In this document: positions 60,401-64,000 of the stretch, piece by piece
Layout of the letters: the number at the start of each line of letters is the position of its first letter
How positions within the stretch are numbered: the first letter of the stretch is position 1
NCBI RefSeq assembly: GCF_947568905.1
Contig: NC_079167.1
Span: 4,774,001 to 4,838,000, forward strand
Length of the DNA stretch: 64,000 bases
Reading direction: 5' to 3'
Origin: Ostrea edulis
Lineage: Eukaryota
Notes under the pieces: generated by a model
Databases searched by the model: none
The model's input: the letters and a program-made list of their open reading frames with translations, nothing else
Told to the model about the DNA's origin: nothing
Position numbers and translations under genes: made by a program

Positions 60401-63400
60401 TTTAAAAAAGGTCCACATGCCTGCAAACTCTCCTGTTCTGCATATCTAAGCTAAATTCTACTATTCAGCAGCAATATAACACAAGATGTTATTAAAACAC
60501 AAATGCCCCCAAAAGGGCCCATACTGATGAAAGACTATTTACATAATATGTTATATTAAAACTATGACTATTTTGGACAGACTCTAGAGTAAGGGGTTTG
60601 GGAAATTCCCAATTTTGGTACAACCCTTTCTGCTTTTTCTTAATAGGCATTTGGTTTTAATATGATTACAGTATCATCAAATTGAAAGAAGTCTTTCAAA
60701 TAATAGACATTCAATCACTAGGACCATTTGAACTGTCCTGGTAAAAAAAAACTACACCTGGGATCATGAAATTTACAAGATTGGTAAAGTGTTACCTGCT
60801 CTTCTGAGTATTCATTTAGTATCAATTTAGTATTAATAGCATTAAAGATGTTATTCAAATGTTTTACACATGCCAAATTTGACCTCACCCTAGTAAGTCT
60901 GAAATTTACAATTTTGGGAGAAGCATTTCTGCTCTACATAATCATGCAATTAGTTTTTCTTACACATATGCTTTTGTGATTTTTGAAAATTGATAAAATC
61001 TTTGGTAATTTTGCCCTGCCCCCTAAAGCCTCGTGGGTGCAGAAGTCCTTAAATTTACAATTTATATCCCCCTTGTTCAAAAGATGCTTCATACCAAATT
61101 TGAAAAGAATTGGAATAGTATTTATCAAAAAGAAGTTAAAAATGTTCAATTGATAATGCACACATTTAATCACTAGGACCATTTTGGCCTCACCCTGGTA
61201 CCAAAACCCATATTCCTGGGCTCATGAAATTCACAAGTTTTGTAAAAGGCTACCTGCCCCTTATAAATGTTAATGTAGATTTAATTTAGTATTGATCAAT
61301 AGCATTAAAGAAAGTGTTATCTTTAAAATGTTTTACATATAAACACTATGTGCCAAGTTTGGCAAAGCCCAGGGTAAAAATCTCTACCTGAGGATCAAGA
61401 AATTTAACTTTGGGAAACCTTCCTGCTCTACATGACTATGCATTTGTTCTTTCTTACACACGTGTAGCTATCAAAAAGAAGTTAAAAAGGTTCAACTGTT
61501 AAAAGGTTCAACTGTTAGCAGATGATGACAGATGCAGACTAATACCAAACGGTCTCCTGAGTAACTCAGGTGATCTACAAACCCAATCTAATTAAAATCA
61601 GATTTTTTTTTAACCATTACACTGGAGAAGTTTATTATAAATAATGGGGTATAATTTATCTGTGGTGAAGAAATCAAGATACAGTTAAGTTTGTAGGCAA
61701 TCTAATTAAAATCAGATCTTCTCTAACCATTACACTGGAGAAGTTAATTATAAATAATGGGGCATGATTTATCTGTGGTGAAGCAATCAAGATACAGTTA
61801 GGTTTGTAGGCAATCTAATTAAAATCAGATCTTCTCTAACCATTACACTGGAGAAGTGTAAAGGTTAGAGATTTTTAATTAGATTGCCTACAAACCTAAC
61901 TGTATCTTGATTTCTTCACCACAGATAAATTATGCCCCATTATTTATAATAAACTCTGTCTTATCCCCTCATCACACTGGGTCTGTAGGACATCTATCAT
62001 TTTAATGATAGAACTTGAAGATAATTCTATTTAACCAATTCATGTAATCTCAGCGAGATTCGTCGAGGCTGGATATTTGGACTGATGCCTCAGAAGAGGC
62101 GTCAGTCCAAATATCTAGCCTTGACGCATCTCGCATTGCCGGATGCCCACGGGTGATCTCGTTTTTTACTCATCACCCATGGGCAAACTCGCCGAAAAAT
62201 CATCATCTGTAATTAATATGCATGGGTCATTTGATTGGCTGCTGAACAGAGTCGCGATGGCAAATCAACAAATCAAAGTTTATGTTACGTATGCATGTTC
62301 GGCAATGACAAAAACTTTTCCGTAGTTAACACATCAATTGCAAATAAATCCACTCACCGGTGCATTTCGCATTTTGAGAAAGGTATTCTCATATAATTTT
62401 TGACTGGTATTTGATGTAAGTGACTTGTACGACTTGTCTTTAATCGTTTTAAAACACAATTGCACGTTTTAACAGGTGTCTAAATATTGAGCATAAATAG
62501 CAAACTAATAAACATATTTTCAAAATTGAAGAGTTCGAACTTTCTGATTGGTTGTCTATAATAGAGGGCGAAGCCCTCTCACGGCCCAAAGGGCCGTGAG
62601 AGCGGAGCTCTCCCTATAGGTAACACGTATATACATGTTTAAAAGGAAAATATAGGAAAACAATGAAAAATTAAACCATACCTATGGAACTTGAAAATTT
62701 TGGTACTAATGGCGTCGATTCGAATACTATCGCGTGGACATGTATTTCTCCATTTTGAATCTCGTCTACCCTAGTTCACGTCGTTCTGAGATGTTACAAA
62801 AATTCGTAAAAGCAAGTAAATCTTATTTTCTTAATCATATATAATCACTCCACCATTAACGCCATGTTTGTTGTGGTTCAGACGCTATGTTTGTAAATTT
62901 GCTAAAATACGACGCTAAATATGATGTCACAATGTACTGTTTACATCAGTTGCATTATATTTCCAGCGTTCAATATATAGGCGGATCAAATCCTGCTAAC
63001 TTCGGGTTGTTTTTGGTCTGTTTTGGATATAGACACTAATACCAAAACTTGTTTGCTTCGCCCTCAAACACGGTCACGCCGTAAAACATATTAAACAAAT
63101 TAGCATGTTTTACGACGATATTTCGGTGAGTTTGCCCACAGGTGACAAGTAAAAGACGAAATCACCCGTGGATATCCGACGATTCGAATCTCGCTGACAT
63201 TACATGAACTGGTGACTGAACATGATGCGAGCCAAGACCAATACACTAGCACATACTTTAACTATCTCAAGATATTCATTAAAGCCTAGCATTCCCCCGA
63301 TACATACTTCACTATTTCAAAATTTGTTTTGATACCTTTGATCAGTAATAAATCACCGAGTTTTCTTTTCGCTCACACCCAGTTTACTACTGGCACTGCT

Positions 63401-63508
63401 GCTAGCTAACTTCATATATAATTTGACATATTTACCACCAATAAACATTCCACCGTATATAAATTTTCTCCTGTGCTTCTTTATCTGTGTCCATATCCAC
63501 GAAATCAT
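42456..63508 (-). CDS. PEX3: Peroxisomal biogenesis factor 3, 369 aa, 13 coding exons
   Basis: Exons (minus) 63508-63436, 59769-59685, 59578-59532, 55966-55885, 54660-54617, 54429-54302, 51011-50939, 49280-49226, 48054-47898, 46409-46342, 46260-46147, 44650-44542, 42530-42456 = 1110 nt, all GT-AG and in phase. PEX3 motifs HFDSNQRTCNMT, PSNKLELWEELK, LLIRVQLNVIGGY, ETRDILES.DF..VL..CLDRGF, IPMAKLIPI, AANVYEAFS. Confidence 0.97.
44966..45756 (-). mobile_element. Non-autonomous Helentron-like element with ~4 tandem 138-145-bp repeats (PEX3 intron)
   Basis: Hairpin GTGAGCAATGCTCAC at one end; CAGACGGA microsatellite and TATACCCCCC..GGGGGGTATA hairpin at the other; repeat anchors at 45141, 45279, 45424, 45562. 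Confidence 0.78.
47570..47825 (-). mobile_element. DNA transposon terminal remnant (possibly Academ-like)
   Basis: GC-rich GGCCGAGA/GGGCGAGACAGCCC subrepeats ending GTATCAGGGCTGATACACTACTA; family assignment from recollection only. Confidence 0.35.
49728..50837 (-). mobile_element. Helentron-like element with ~5 Cg170-type ~166-bp repeats (same family as 3324-5208); truncated relative at ~49321-49727
   Basis: AACAAGAGGCCCATGGGCC ... CTCAGGTGAGCTAAAAA termini, reverse complement of 3324-5208. Confidence 0.85.
51953..52240. repeat. Minisatellite, 48-bp unit x 6
   Basis: AAACCAGTCAACCAAATAAATCTAACTCTGCATTCTCATGATGTGT(T/C)G; units start at 51953 and 52001. Confidence 0.95.
53467..53736. mobile_element. 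TTAA-flanked MITE (Kolobok-like), family of 6481-6787
   Basis: TTAA|GGATGTA ... TACATCC|TTAA; internal homology to 6481-6787. Confidence 0.7.
56660..57502 (-). mobile_element. Non-autonomous Helentron-like element with ~4 tandem ~158-bp repeats
   Basis: AACAAATGTCTCCCC end; repeated ATAGGAGAAGTGTTCACAAGCTATT units; CAGACGGA microsatellite and ATGTCTCCCC..GGGGAGACAT hairpin. Confidence 0.78.
58661..59520. repeat. Minisatellite, 38-bp unit (33-bp variants) x ~23
   Basis: TAACCT(C/T)CCT(A/T)AGTCAATATC(T/C)TACTCTTAGTCACCTG; ends 10 nt from the donor of PEX3 coding exon 3. Confidence 0.95.
59835..60350. mobile_element. MITE with TTAA TSD and AG..CT ends (Kolobok-like)
   Basis: TTAA|AGGGACTG(A/G)TTCACGATTTT ... 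AAAATCGTGAACCAGTCCCT|TTAA. Confidence 0.8.
60480..61580 (-). mobile_element. Degraded Helentron-like element
   Basis: ACAAGATG...AAACAC hairpin end, decayed internal repeats, CTGAGTAACTCAGGTGATCT terminus; boundaries approximate. Confidence 0.5.
61584..61886. mobile_element. Rearranged copy of the CAATCTAATTAAAATCAGA MITE containing two inverted copies of its own right flank
   Basis: Half-MITE plus inverted flank units at 61584 and 61698, full MITE at 61811-61886; 10-bp TSD (T/C)CTACAAACC at 61574-61583 and 61887-61896. Confidence 0.8.
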
Positions 63509-64000
63509 TGTTGTTTATTATTTTACAATATCATTATACCATGTGCAAAATGTAGAACGTTGGATCTAGTTGGGAGGTAGTAAACAATCAATGTAATTGA
63601 GACGCTTACAATTTTCAAGTTAGATTATCCTCAAAATAATTCGGATTCGTTTAGAGATAGCTGGGGAATACGAGACTAATTTTCAGAGACCACTATTTAT
63701 CCAAATTAAATAAAAAAAAAAATAAATAAAAATTAAAGAAAAATTTCTCTTTTGCCCGAACTTCATATTGATGCTAATTAAAACAATGAACGGAAAATGA
63801 AACAAACATGGTATATAATGAGGGGATCAACATTTTGTAAAATCAAAAGGCTAGGCTAATATTATGAACAAGGAAAGCAGAAATTACAGAAAGTCTGCAA
63901 TCACAGTATCCAACTTTTCATGTACAAGTACTTCGTACTAAATTATTACGGATATTAAACCAATCTCTACCCAGAGTTATCGTTCCTTACACTCACATAC

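Noticed and set aside
1-64000. Prokaryotic or viral defence system, or endogenous virus
   Set aside because: All coding sequence found is spliceosomal host genes, intronless ASB paralogs or transposon-derived; no operon-like or viral hallmark genes were seen.

Overview
Eukaryotic, AT-rich, repeat-dense genomic DNA. It is most likely from an oyster (Ostreidae), because it carries the ~166-bp Cg170/HindIII-type satellite inside non-autonomous Helentron-like elements; the species is not determined. Host genes, spliced by hand with all GT-AG phases checked: (1) an 8-coding-exon tetraspanin (+, 908-11532); (2) a complete 13-exon PEX3 (-, 63508-42456); (3) between them, a cluster of intronless ankyrin-repeat/SOCS-box (ASB-like) genes: A (22489-23640), B1 (28537-29661), a 3' fragment A' (31439-31725) and B2 (40523-41647). 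The cluster sits in a recent ~8-kb tandem duplication (23354-31438 / 31439-43402) with a microhomology junction, which also copied the last PEX3 exon. Two top signals. First, B1 and B2 differ by 27 amino-acid-changing versus only 2 synonymous codons across ankyrin codons 40-218, concentrated at the substrate-binding positions, while flanks differ by only ~1-2%. This suggests strong diversifying selection on a Cullin5/ElonginBC-type substrate receptor. Second, a 3.9-kb P-element-like transposon is present in only one duplicate. It carries a deleted THAP transposase ending shortly after the catalytic Glu motif, plus an intact, convergent 3-exon gene resembling the missing P-transposase C-terminal domain (an apparent split transposase). 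The rest is Helentron-like elements with internal satellites, MITEs, LINE/SINE/Penelope remnants and minisatellites. All alignments and counts were done by eye; no database searches were run.
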